Shown here piece after piece: positions 21,476 to 30,683 of a stretch of DNA of 64,000 nucleotides. Position numbers and translations under genes: made by a program. The DNA is from an uncultured archaeon. GTDB taxonomy: Archaea; Thermoproteota; Bathyarchaeia; 40CM-2-53-6; CALIRQ01. Location of the stretch: NCBI GenBank assembly GCA_938042195.1, contig CALIRQ010000007.1, positions 71,871 through 135,870 of the forward strand. The letters are read 5' to 3'. Below the pieces are notes generated by a model. That model saw nothing but the letters and a program-made list of their open reading frames with translations, did no database searches and had not been told where the DNA came from. Numbering within the stretch: position 1 is the first letter of the stretch; every line of letters begins with the position of its first letter.

Positions 21476-22309
21476 GTGGGGTGTCGATGTTTGGAGGCTG
21501 TAAAGGGTAGAAGATTATGGTGGCAGCAATTCACTAGGCCGGAGCTGGTGGAATATGCGAAGAAGGTGAGCGACATAGCCCTCCTGCCTTTGGGCTCCTT
21601 GGAGCAACACGGCGAACATCTCCCCACCGGGGAGGATTCGTACCACGCCATCGGAATAGCTGAAAGGGTTGCGGAGAGAACGAAGGTCATGCTCCTCCCA
21701 TGCCCCTGGTACGGCGCACACCCATATCAACACTATTATTACGCCGGGACGATACCGCTCAGGTTCGAGACTTATCACAACATGCTGAAGGACATAGTGA
21801 GGGGGGCCTCTTGGGCAGGGTTCAACAAATTCATACTCTTCAACTGCCACGGCCAGGAGTGGGCCATCTCCCCAGCCGTGCATGAGCTCGCGCTGGAGGG
21901 GTACTTCGTCGTGGCTCCCACGCTTTGGGAGATAACAAAGGAGGTCATAGCGAAGGTCATGGAGACGGGCTTCAGCCACGCGGATGAGTCGGAGACATCC
22001 TTGGGCCTGTACCTGATCCCGGAGCTAGTCGATATGTCGAAGGCGCATGACGAGCATCCGGAACCATTGATGGACGAAAAGTGGTACGCATCGCCCGGGA
22101 CACTCGTGAGGAAACATGTGCCGTGGTACTCCGGGACGTTCTCGAAGCCCGAGTATAAGCACTTGAAGCATGGGGTCGTGGGCTCCCCGAGCAAGGCGAC
22201 CGCCGATAAGGGCAAGGCCTTGGTCGATGCGGCGGTGGACTGGCTGGTGGAGTTCATAGAGGAGCTGAGGAGGAGGTATCCCCCGGGCGTCAAGCCGGAG
22301 GTGAAGTGA
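21476..22309 (+). CDS. Creatininase-family metal hydrolase, IolN (3-dehydro-scyllo-inosose hydrolase)-like, copy 1
   Basis: GSLEQHGEHLPTGED, WYGAHPYQH, HGQE, HADESETS, RYPPG. Confidence 0.85.
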   Translation: MGCRCLEAVKGRRLWWQQFTRPELVEYAKKVSDIALLPLGSLEQHGEHLPTGEDSYHAIGIAERVAERTKVMLLPCPWYGAHPYQHYYYAGTIPLRFETYHNMLKDIVRGASWAGFNKFILFNCHGQEWAISPAVHELALEGYFVVAPTLWEITKEVIAKVMETGFSHADESETSLGLYLIPELVDMSKAHDEHPEPLMDEKWYASPGTLVRKHVPWYSGTFSKPEYKHLKHGVVGSPSKATADKGKALVDAAVDWLVEFIEELRRRYPPGVKPEVK

Positions 22310-22329
22310 GCGAGCTCCCACTTTTTCTC

Positions 22330-22590
22330 TATAATTCCTCATGCAATCCCTGTAGATTCGCTCTATATCCCCGCCTCGCCCCTTCTCGGGTTGCCCGCGA
22401 GGACCCTTTGTGGCGTTCGAGGCAAGCCTCGGGACGTCCCACTCCTGAATCCCGAGGACCTCGCCCATATGAGGATGTCGATATCCCTCGAGAGCTCCTT
22501 TATGGCATCGGGGCACCTCCTCAAGGCCTCCGCGCTCAAAACGCCCTCCATCGGCTCCAAGGCCCTCGTTACATAGGAATGACTCAGACA
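22330..22590 (-). pseudogene. C-terminal remnant of an iron-containing alcohol dehydrogenase
   Basis: Shifted frames give ..DAIKELSRDIDI / LGIQEWDVPRLASNA / QRVLAGNPRR / DIERIYRDCM, typical of the Fe-ADH C-terminus. Confidence 0.6.
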
Positions 22591-22642
22591 AGACTCACGA
22601 GAATTCCGATAGAATTTTTATATACCATCCAAAACAATTTCA

Positions 22643-23470
22643 TTGGGGAATCCTATGAGCTTGGAGAAGAAGCATTTATGGTGGCAATACCTGAGTTGGC
22701 CCGAGATCGTCGAGAGGGCGAAGAGATGCGATATAGCCCTTTTCCCAATGGGCTCCATAGAGCAACACGGCCCCCATCTTCCGACCGGCCATGATACGTT
22801 GCAACTGTTCAAGATCGGTGAGGCGGTAGCCGAGAGGACGGGCGCAATGCTCCTCCCATGCCCCTGGTACGGCGCGCATCCATACCACCATTGGCATTTC
22901 CCGGGCACGATACCCCTGAAGATAGATACCTGCAGGGAGCTAGTCAAGGATGTCGTGAGAGGGGCCGCAAATGCCGGGTATAACAAATTCATAATCTTCT
23001 GGGGCCATGGGCAGGCCTTCGCCTTGGACCCCGCCGTACACGACCTGGGCCTAGAGGGGTACTTCGTCATCTCCGTCATGCTCTGGAACCTGGTGAAGGA
23101 TATACATACCGAAATCTTCGAGGACCCCTTCTGGCATGCGGACGAGGCCGAGACCTCGATCGGGCTCTATACGCACCCGGAGTTCGTGGATATGAGCAAG
23201 GCCGCGAAGGAGTTGCCGACCACGTTCGTGGACGGGAGGTTCGTGGAAGGGCCATCCGATAAGAAGGGGAGCTTCGCGGGCGAGTTCTGGCAGGGGACAT
23301 GGGCGGCCCCCGAGTACAAGGACTTGAAGAAGGGGATAATAGGGGATGCGACGAAGGCCACCAGGGAGAAGGGGGAAAGATACGTGACCAAGGTCATAGA
23401 GCGCCTCATAGAACTGGTCGAGCACATCAAGACGAGATACCCCGTTGGGGTCAAGCCCCCAGTCAAATGA
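22643..23470 (+). CDS. Creatininase-family metal hydrolase, IolN-like, copy 2
   Basis: GSIEQHGPHLPTGHD, WYGAHPYHH, GHGQ, HADEAETS; clear paralog of 21476..22309; start may be ATG 22655. Confidence 0.85.
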   Translation: MGNPMSLEKKHLWWQYLSWPEIVERAKRCDIALFPMGSIEQHGPHLPTGHDTLQLFKIGEAVAERTGAMLLPCPWYGAHPYHHWHFPGTIPLKIDTCRELVKDVVRGAANAGYNKFIIFWGHGQAFALDPAVHDLGLEGYFVISVMLWNLVKDIHTEIFEDPFWHADEAETSIGLYTHPEFVDMSKAAKELPTTFVDGRFVEGPSDKKGSFAGEFWQGTWAAPEYKDLKKGIIGDATKATREKGERYVTKVIERLIELVEHIKTRYPVGVKPPVK

Positions 23471-23711
23471 GTCAGGATGGGGATCGAAGCAAACCCCCTC
23501 GATTTTTTGCGAGTGCAAAATAAGGAAATGTAGCTCCAGCCATAGGGCCCCGGTGCCAGCCTCTCGAATGCAGGACCCCGAACGCCGCGGTGCGGATGGG
23601 CCCTCCTATCGATGGGGACCAAAAAGGTCGAAGGAGTCCATTGAGCGGCGAGGTATGAAAAGGATTAAATTGGGGGCGGGGGACACAGATATCGGTTGAG
23701 GCGGAATTGGC

Positions 23712-24083
23712 ATGAGTGTGTTCGATACGAGGAAGGCTGAATTTTGGGAGATCCCCCACCACAAGGGGGTGAGGGCGAAGCTCCTGATGAGCGGGAATAG
23801 CATGACGATGGTCCAAGTGGAGTTCGAGCCGGGATCGAGTGGGCCCGAGCACGTCCACCCCCATGAGCAGATCGGATTCGTCTTGAGGGGGGAGCTCGAG
23901 CTCAAGGCCGATGGGAAGACCCACGCCCTCAAGGAGGGCTACTCGTATTGGATCCCCCCGAATGTGCAACATAGCGTGAGAGGGATGGGCAGCGGGGGGC
24001 TCGTCGTGGAGGTCTTCCATCCCGTGAGGAAGGATCTATTGGAGAGGCAGTTCACCCAAAAGATCCTGAGGCCCACGACTTAA
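23712..24083 (+). CDS. Cupin domain protein (KdgF-like)
   Basis: HVHPHEQIGFV, IPPNVQH, EVFHPVRKD. Confidence 0.85.
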   Translation: MSVFDTRKAEFWEIPHHKGVRAKLLMSGNSMTMVQVEFEPGSSGPEHVHPHEQIGFVLRGELELKADGKTHALKEGYSYWIPPNVQHSVRGMGSGGLVVEVFHPVRKDLLERQFTQKILRPTT

Positions 24084-24164
24084 GGTCCATTCGCTCGTCG
24101 CCCTCCTCTCGACTCCAAAAGTCTTTTATTTTGAAGGCCCTAAATCCCACATGGTGAATAAGTA

Positions 24165-25067
24165 GTGACTTGGAGGAGTTGGAGCCCCCTCGATTGGGAG
24201 GGGGAGGAGAGATCCCCGGAGCCGAGGAAGCTCATTATAGTGGCGGCGGCGCCGGGCGGGATGGTTTCCAAGGAACAGAATCCTCATCTGCCATGCAGCC
24301 CCGAGGAAATAGCCAAGTATCACATAGAAGCCTATAGGGCTGGCGCGCAGATTTTCCATATACATGCGAGGGGCGAGGGATGCGTCCCCTCTTCCGATGT
24401 CAACCTTTATCGTGAGATCATAAGCCGGGTCAAGGAAGAGTGCCCGGATGCGATCATCGACGCCTGCTTAGCGCATCCATTGGAGGAGGATACGGTGGAG
24501 GCTAGGCTGAGGCCGCTTTGCGAATCCGGCCTGCCGATAGACATAGCAACCTTCTCGGTTGGATCGCATAACGTCTTATATAAGAAGGGATCAACAGTCT
24601 ATATCAATAGGCATGAGTATACTCTGCAGGCCATAGATTATCTGCTCGATAAGGGCATAAAACCCATGCTCGTCGTTTACAATCATAAGACCCTTGAGTG
24701 GGTCAAGAGATACGTCGTGAAAACGGGCCTCATAGAGGAACCGTATTTGAACATAAGCTTGGGCCTCTTCGGCGAGCCCGCGGATATAGACATACTCAGG
24801 GGCTTGGTCAGGAAGCTCCCGGAGGAATGCATCTGGGTCCTCGAATCGGCCGGCCGGAACTGGCTTCCGCTCGCGGTCGAGGCGCTACTCTTGGGCGGAA
24901 ACGTTAGGGCCGGGATGGAGGACGGCATATATATGTATCCTCACAGGGATGACCTGATCAAGAGCTCGGCCGAGGCCGTCGGGAAGATAGTGAGGATAGC
25001 GAAGGAGCTGGGCCGGGAGGTGGCGACGCCGAAGGAGGCCAGGATGATGCTCGGGCTGAGGGGATAG
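24165..25067 (+). CDS. Beta-keto acid cleavage enzyme (BKACE/DUF849, Kce family)
   Basis: NPHLPCSPEEIA, AGAQIFHIHAR, GGNVRAGMED, REVATPKEAR. Confidence 0.9.
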   Translation: MTWRSWSPLDWEGEERSPEPRKLIIVAAAPGGMVSKEQNPHLPCSPEEIAKYHIEAYRAGAQIFHIHARGEGCVPSSDVNLYREIISRVKEECPDAIIDACLAHPLEEDTVEARLRPLCESGLPIDIATFSVGSHNVLYKKGSTVYINRHEYTLQAIDYLLDKGIKPMLVVYNHKTLEWVKRYVVKTGLIEEPYLNISLGLFGEPADIDILRGLVRKLPEECIWVLESAGRNWLPLAVEALLLGGNVRAGMEDGIYMYPHRDDLIKSSAEAVGKIVRIAKELGREVATPKEARMMLGLRG

Positions 25068-25246
25068 GCCGGAATCCATGGAAGGATCCAAAGGGCGGGC
25101 TTCGCTATGCCTTGAGGATTGTGTCGGCAGGGCGGGCTAACGATCGGGCCGGCTCCTTCACCCCTTTTTAAACTATATAAACACTACCATAGGCCATTAG
25201 AAAGTTTTAAATTTGGAATGGGAGAACAAACATTTTTCGAGGAAAA

Positions 25247-25489
25247 TTGAGCGAGACGCAGAAGGAAAAATGGCCTAATATATTTGACATAAGTACTTGG
25301 TCCTTAAGGGGTAAACTCTTGGCCCTCGTCGGGGTACCCTGCTGGATCCTCTTGACCACCATAATCCCGTTGTTCTTCACAAAGCCCCTCTCGATCGGCG
25401 GATTCCCCGAGCTCTGGGTGGCCACCAATGTCGTCGGTTGGACTTGGCTGATCTTGGCTTGGATCATAGGCTTCGGCGTGAAGAGGTGA
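25247..25489 (+). CDS. Small 2-TM membrane protein, probable accessory subunit of the solute:sodium symporter
   Basis: Two hydrophobic segments with GGFP between them, directly upstream of the SSS gene. Confidence 0.7.
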   Translation: MSETQKEKWPNIFDISTWSLRGKLLALVGVPCWILLTTIIPLFFTKPLSIGGFPELWVATNVVGWTWLILAWIIGFGVKR

Positions 25490-25496
25490 CCGTGGG

Positions 25497-27053
25497 ATGA
25501 TAACAAGAGAAGCGATCGTATTGGCCATGGCCATAGGCTACATAGTGTTGCTCTTCATCCTCGGCGGCTTAGGGAAATGGATCAGGCTCAGGGAGAAGAC
25601 GATAACCGAATTCTTCAGGCCCTCTGGCATCGCGCCCGCTTGGATGCTTTGGTTCGCGATGGGCGCGAACATGCACACGGCATTCGCCATACCGGGCTCC
25701 ATGGGCTTCTATTACGCGCATGGTGTAGGCTTCACGATGCACTGGGTCTGGACGCTCACGACCCCGCTGTTCGTCATGTACGTCTTGGGCCCGAGGCTGC
25801 GCGCCGTCGCCCAGAAATACGGCTACGTTACGGTCTCCGAAATGCTCGGCGACTTCTACGAGAGCCCGACGCTGGCCGCATTCATAGCCATATTCCTCTC
25901 GGTCGCCAACATGGCCTACTTCACGGCGAACGTCATAGGGCCGGCGACGATGCTGTCCTTCGGGACCGGGGGCCTCGTGCCATATGAGTGGGCCATACTC
26001 ATAATCCTACTCGTCATAATGGGCTACTGTTTCGCCGGGGGCTTCAAATCCGTCTTCTTCACGGACGTACTTCAAGGCCTTCTGATGCTCGTGGCGACCT
26101 GGGGCGCGGCCTTCTTCATGCTCTCCCTATTCAACTGGAACTCTTACGCGTTATTCAGCAAGGTTTATGAGATCTCGCCGAAGCACTTGAGCATACCGGG
26201 AGCCCTTGGCCTAGTAACTCCGGCTTGGTGGTTCTCCTTCTCCTTCGCCCCGCACGTCTTCCATTGGGCGATACAGCCTAGGAACTTCGCATACTACCAG
26301 CTCGCCAAATCCAACGAGGAGATCAGGAGGAACGCGCTCCTCATGGGTCTCTACCTCTCCATGATATACATGCCAGTGGTCATACTGGGGCTGGGGGTGA
26401 AGGCCCTGATGCCCGAGCCGCCCAAGGTGGGCGCTTGGACCGGGCCCGACGCGGCCTTCCCAACCTTCATGGCGGCCAACGCGCCGATAATCCTGTGGGG
26501 GATCTTGGTGGCGGGCTCCATGGCAGCCGGCCAATCCACGATGGACTCGGACCTCGTGAGCCACTCGGGAATGCTCGTGAGGGACGTATACATGAAGATA
26601 AAGAAGGGCGCGAGCCCTGAGCACTACCTCAAGGTCGGGAGGCTCCTCGTCATACTATTTGGAATAGTGACTGTCTACATATCCACCTATGCAGCCAAGT
26701 TGCCGATCATTACGCTCCTGACGCCATTGTCCACCGGGGTCGTCGGTTGCCTCTTCTTGCCCATATTGGGCGCCGTCCTGCCCATGGGCAAGTTCAAGGT
26801 GACGAAGGCCGGGGTATGGGCAGCGCTGATAGTTGGCATAATAGTCAACCTCCTGACGATGAGCCCGAACTTCGTTGGCTCTCCCAAATGGCTCCAGAAC
26901 CCAGGGGGCTTCCACTTTAACTTGGCTGTTAACGTAGCCGCAATCGTGGCCGGAGTCTTGGTCAGCCTGGTCACGAAGCCCCCCTCCAGGGACAAGCTGG
27001 AGAAGTTCCACCTCTTCCTAGCCCAAGAGTTCGCCAAAGGTAAGGCGGCCTAA
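25497..27053 (+). CDS. Sodium:solute symporter (SSS) family transporter
   Basis: ~13 TM; GGFKSVFFTDVLQG, AAGQSTMDS motifs. Confidence 0.9.
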   Translation: MITREAIVLAMAIGYIVLLFILGGLGKWIRLREKTITEFFRPSGIAPAWMLWFAMGANMHTAFAIPGSMGFYYAHGVGFTMHWVWTLTTPLFVMYVLGPRLRAVAQKYGYVTVSEMLGDFYESPTLAAFIAIFLSVANMAYFTANVIGPATMLSFGTGGLVPYEWAILIILLVIMGYCFAGGFKSVFFTDVLQGLLMLVATWGAAFFMLSLFNWNSYALFSKVYEISPKHLSIPGALGLVTPAWWFSFSFAPHVFHWAIQPRNFAYYQLAKSNEEIRRNALLMGLYLSMIYMPVVILGLGVKALMPEPPKVGAWTGPDAAFPTFMAANAPIILWGILVAGSMAAGQSTMDSDLVSHSGMLVRDVYMKIKKGASPEHYLKVGRLLVILFGIVTVYISTYAAKLPIITLLTPLSTGVVGCLFLPILGAVLPMGKFKVTKAGVWAALIVGIIVNLLTMSPNFVGSPKWLQNPGGFHFNLAVNVAAIVAGVLVSLVTKPPSRDKLEKFHLFLAQEFAKGKAA

Positions 27054-27063
27054 GGGATCTCAA

Positions 27064-27084
27064 ATTTTCCCTTTTTTCTTTTTA
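27064..27084 (+). terminator. Oligo-T archaeal terminator-like tract after the SSS gene
   Basis: ttttcccttttttctttttat just downstream of the stop codon. Confidence 0.45.
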
Positions 27085-27159
27085 TCCACCCCAGTATCGA
27101 GCTTAACCCTCACGCCATAGCGCATAAGGTTTATCTTCGGAAAAAACATCGCGTCAACC

Positions 27160-28110
27160 ATGAGAGTCCTCATTACTGGAGGCACCGGGCTGGTGGGCTC
27201 ATATGCAACGAGGGCGCTCCTATCCAGAGGGAAGTCTGTAATAGCCTACGACGCCAGCCCGGAAACCGGCCATATGCGGGATATCGCGAATAGGATCGAA
27301 ATAGTGAGGGGGGACGTAACCAAGCCGTTCGACTTGATGCGCGCGCTGAAGGCCCGGGGGATCGAAAGCGTAGTCCACCTCGCGGCCCTCTTGACGCCTT
27401 ATGCCCAGAGGTTCCCGATGGATGCCCTAAGGGTCAACGTGGAGGGCACGATGAACGTCCTCGAAGCCGCTAGGCTCTTGGACTTGAGGAGGGTCGTCTT
27501 CGCGAGCTCCATAGCCGTTTACGGAGCCACCCCGGAGGGGCCCTTGGACGAGGATTTCCCAAAGAACCCGACCACGATCTACGGCGCATTCAAGCTGGCC
27601 TCCGAGCACATAGGCCTGAATTATTACAGGGACTATGGGGTGGATTTCATCGCGCTCAGATTCCCCCTCGTTTACGGCCTGGGCGGGGTGAGGGGCTTCA
27701 GGGTCGTGGAGGAGATCGTTACGAAGTGCGTAAGCGGGCTCGTCGCCAAGGTCCCGGAGAGCGACGACAAATGGGAGCTCGTATATGGCCCGGATGCGGG
27801 CGAGGCCGTCGCTTTGGCCTTGGAGGCGAGCCCAAGCAAATTGAGGCATAGGGTATTCAACATAGGGAGCGGGCAATTCTATTCCTTCAAGGAAGTGGCC
27901 GAGATCGTCCGGGAGTTCATACCGGACGCGAGGTTCGAGGTCAGCAAGGAGTTCGATATCAGGAACCCGGCCAAGGGGATCTTCGATCCGAGCAGGGCCA
28001 GGGATGAATTGGGATATTCCCCTAAGTACGATATAAGGAGCGGCTTAAGGGACCTCATAGAGAAGGTGAGAGGGATCGGGTTAGCGCCCAAGGGGACTGG
28101 CCCTCAATAG
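27160..28110 (+). CDS. Extended SDR / NAD-dependent epimerase-dehydratase (paralog of 19582..20574)
   Basis: ITGGTGLVG, YGAFK; shares RVNVEGTMNVLEAARL with the other copy. Confidence 0.9.
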   Translation: MRVLITGGTGLVGSYATRALLSRGKSVIAYDASPETGHMRDIANRIEIVRGDVTKPFDLMRALKARGIESVVHLAALLTPYAQRFPMDALRVNVEGTMNVLEAARLLDLRRVVFASSIAVYGATPEGPLDEDFPKNPTTIYGAFKLASEHIGLNYYRDYGVDFIALRFPLVYGLGGVRGFRVVEEIVTKCVSGLVAKVPESDDKWELVYGPDAGEAVALALEASPSKLRHRVFNIGSGQFYSFKEVAEIVREFIPDARFEVSKEFDIRNPAKGIFDPSRARDELGYSPKYDIRSGLRDLIEKVRGIGLAPKGTGPQ

Positions 28111-28155
28111 GACCTCGGACCGCCTCCGCCTCTGCTGGCTTATTCTTGACATAAT

Positions 28156-29397
28156 CTAATCTGGGCTCCGGCCCGGGGCTTTCCCATGGGATCTCAACGC
28201 CATGGGCATGGCGAAGGGGATGAGGCCCATCGCGAACGCGAAGAGGGATACGCAATGGATCGAGAGCGCTAAGGAGAAGAGCCCGCCGAGGAATCCTATG
28301 GCCCACTGCGAAAATATCGATCCGACCATTCCTATGCTGAATAGGAGCCCTGTCGCACCCCCGGTCGCCCCCGGGACCTCCTTAACCAAGAGCGCCAATA
28401 TGGATGGGAGCGTGGTGGAGAACGCGATGCCCGAGAGGGCCCAGAGGGCCATTGTCGCATAAGGGTCCCTGGCGGAGATCCCGGCCCAGGAGAGGAAACC
28501 CGCTGAGATCGCGAATATTGTGAGGGATTTCGCGAGCCCGATCCCCTCTGGCACCTTGGCCAGCATTAGCCTCCCCAATCCAACGCAGCCCCAGAAGAGG
28601 CCGATCGTGAGTCCGGCGAGCTTCGGATCGAAGCCCCCGTGGAGCATCAGGTAGGTGGGCAGCCAAGATGTGGAGCCAATGGCCATCCCCATATGGGAGA
28701 ACGTTGCCAACGCGAGCAATAGGAAGACTGGGTTCCTGACCACCAAGAGGGCTTTGGGATTCAATCCGGCGATCGGCGCCCTATCCCACTTGGTTCGTGC
28801 GGCCGCCGCGAACGCCGCGAGGCCCGCGGGGATTGAGAGGAGGACAGGGGTGGAATAAACGATCCTCCAGCTCGAACCGGAGGAGAGCAACCAGCCCGCC
28901 ACCGTGGGCCCGCTGAGGGAGCCGATCCCGAAGAACGCGTGGAGCACGTTCAGCGCCCAACCCCTCGAACCTGGGTATGTTTTGGCGACGAGGAAGGTCG
29001 TAGTGGAATTTATGGTTCCTATGGAGAGGCCTAGGAAAGCCAAGGAGAGGAAGCAGGCCAAGAAGCCATTGGAGCTGGAGACCAAAAGGCATAGGAGGGA
29101 TAGGGAGATTAACGCTAAGAGGATGGAGCTCAACTCGCCGATCCTGTCCGAGAGGAGGCCTCCGAAGAAGCTGAAGATATATCCCAAGCTCACGGCGCTG
29201 GCGAGCATCCCCGTTTCCCATAGGCCCAGCTCAAAATCCGCGGCCATGAATTTGAGGCTCGGCCCAATCAAGGCCATCGTGAAGCCTATTAGCCCGGCGC
29301 TCGATGAGCAGGCGGCGAGCACGAGGCCTTTGCTATCGCCCAATGCGCGAACCACCTTCCCCCAAAAAGGCCCATCGCCTCGATTAAAGCCTCCCAC
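28156..29397 (-). CDS. MFS transporter (FucP/TsgA-like)
   Basis: 12 TM, GLLSDRIG motif A, LNVLHAFFGIG; start uncertain. Confidence 0.87.
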   Translation of the reverse strand: MGGFNRGDGPFWGKVVRALGDSKGLVLAACSSSAGLIGFTMALIGPSLKFMAADFELGLWETGMLASAVSLGYIFSFFGGLLSDRIGELSSILLALISLSLLCLLVSSSNGFLACFLSLAFLGLSIGTINSTTTFLVAKTYPGSRGWALNVLHAFFGIGSLSGPTVAGWLLSSGSSWRIVYSTPVLLSIPAGLAAFAAAARTKWDRAPIAGLNPKALLVVRNPVFLLLALATFSHMGMAIGSTSWLPTYLMLHGGFDPKLAGLTIGLFWGCVGLGRLMLAKVPEGIGLAKSLTIFAISAGFLSWAGISARDPYATMALWALSGIAFSTTLPSILALLVKEVPGATGGATGLLFSIGMVGSIFSQWAIGFLGGLFSLALSIHCVSLFAFAMGLIPFAMPMALRSHGKAPGRSPD

Positions 29398-30568
29398 GGT
29401 CAGATCGCATCTTGAGACCGGCGAGGCCGCAAAGCCCTATGCAGAGCGCCGAGGCAACGAGGTAGGGCATCGAATGGCTCAAGGAGGCCCGCTCGCCGAC
29501 GAACCCAATGAGCCATTGGGCGAAGGCGGCGCCGGAGAACCCGAATGTGAAGATCGCCCCGGAAGCGCTACCAGAATACTCGGGGAAGGAATCGGTAGCC
29601 CAAGCCAGTATCGTGGGGAAGACGGCCGCCATCCAAAGGCCCGATGCGGCCCAAGCGAGCAACGCGAGGGTTTGGCCATGGATGATAAGGCCGAGGAGGA
29701 TCGAGGCGGCCGATAGGGCCGATAGGATTGCTATGGATTCCCTATACCCGACCCTATCGACGAGCCCCCCTAGGGCGAACCTACCGAGGCCTATCGAACC
29801 CCAGAAGGCCCCCAAGGCCAAGCCAGCCTCAATGGCGGATGCCCCCCTGGCCGAGAGGAGGAACGCGGGCAACCAAGCATTGATCCCGAACTCGGTCCCG
29901 AAGTAGAAGAACGAGGAGGCCATTATCAAATAGAACTCGGGGCTCCTCGCCATGGCCAAGGCCCCCCTACCCCTATTCTTGGAGCGGCCTAGGGCCCTTA
30001 GGCCGCGGCTCCTCAGAATCGGCAAGGAGAGCGCTAGGAGCGCGACGTAGGCCATTAAGCAACCCCTGTATATATCCCTCCAAGAACCACCCAAGCCTAT
30101 AACTAAGCCCCCGAAGATGGGGCCGATGAAGGCCCCGATCCCAATGAACGCGTGGAGGGCATTCAGGGCTAGGCCCTTCCTTCGGCCGTATAGCCCAGCC
30201 ATGAGTGGCGTCATGGAGGATTCCACGAAGCCAACGCCCATGCCTCCCACGAAGAGCGCCGGCGATGCCATCAAGGCGGAGTTCGAGGAAGATATCAGGG
30301 CCATCGCCAGCGCCAAAATGGCCAAGCTCGCCCAAGCCATGAGCATGCCCCCATATCGATCCGATAGATGCCCCCCTATTGGGGAGAGGAGGAAGCCCAA
30401 GCTCCAGGAGCTCGCCAATATCCCCATGGCCCCGAGCGCGAGCCCGTACTCCTTGCCCATGAAGGGGAGGCAGAACCCCAGCTCCGATTGCGAAATCCCG
30501 GCGAGGGCCATTCCGGCCAAGCAGATGGCGGTCGCGTAAGCCATTGGGATCCGAACATCCTTGCTCAA
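29384..30568 (-). CDS. MFS transporter (paralog of the adjacent gene)
   Basis: GHLSDRYG, LNALHAFIGIG, GLVDRVG. Confidence 0.87.
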   Translation of the reverse strand: MSKDVRIPMAYATAICLAGMALAGISQSELGFCLPFMGKEYGLALGAMGILASSWSLGFLLSPIGGHLSDRYGGMLMAWASLAILALAMALISSSNSALMASPALFVGGMGVGFVESSMTPLMAGLYGRRKGLALNALHAFIGIGAFIGPIFGGLVIGLGGSWRDIYRGCLMAYVALLALSLPILRSRGLRALGRSKNRGRGALAMARSPEFYLIMASSFFYFGTEFGINAWLPAFLLSARGASAIEAGLALGAFWGSIGLGRFALGGLVDRVGYRESIAILSALSAASILLGLIIHGQTLALLAWAASGLWMAAVFPTILAWATDSFPEYSGSASGAIFTFGFSGAAFAQWLIGFVGERASLSHSMPYLVASALCIGLCGLAGLKMRSDRGRL

Positions 30569-30683
30569 GGCGATCGCCCAGCCCTCAAGGCCTGGGCCTA
30601 ATGAGATTTAAAATTATGAGGGGATAGGGGGAGGTGCGCTGAGGCGGGGAGCCGCCGGGCGGCTTAGGCCTCAGGGGCTGCGC

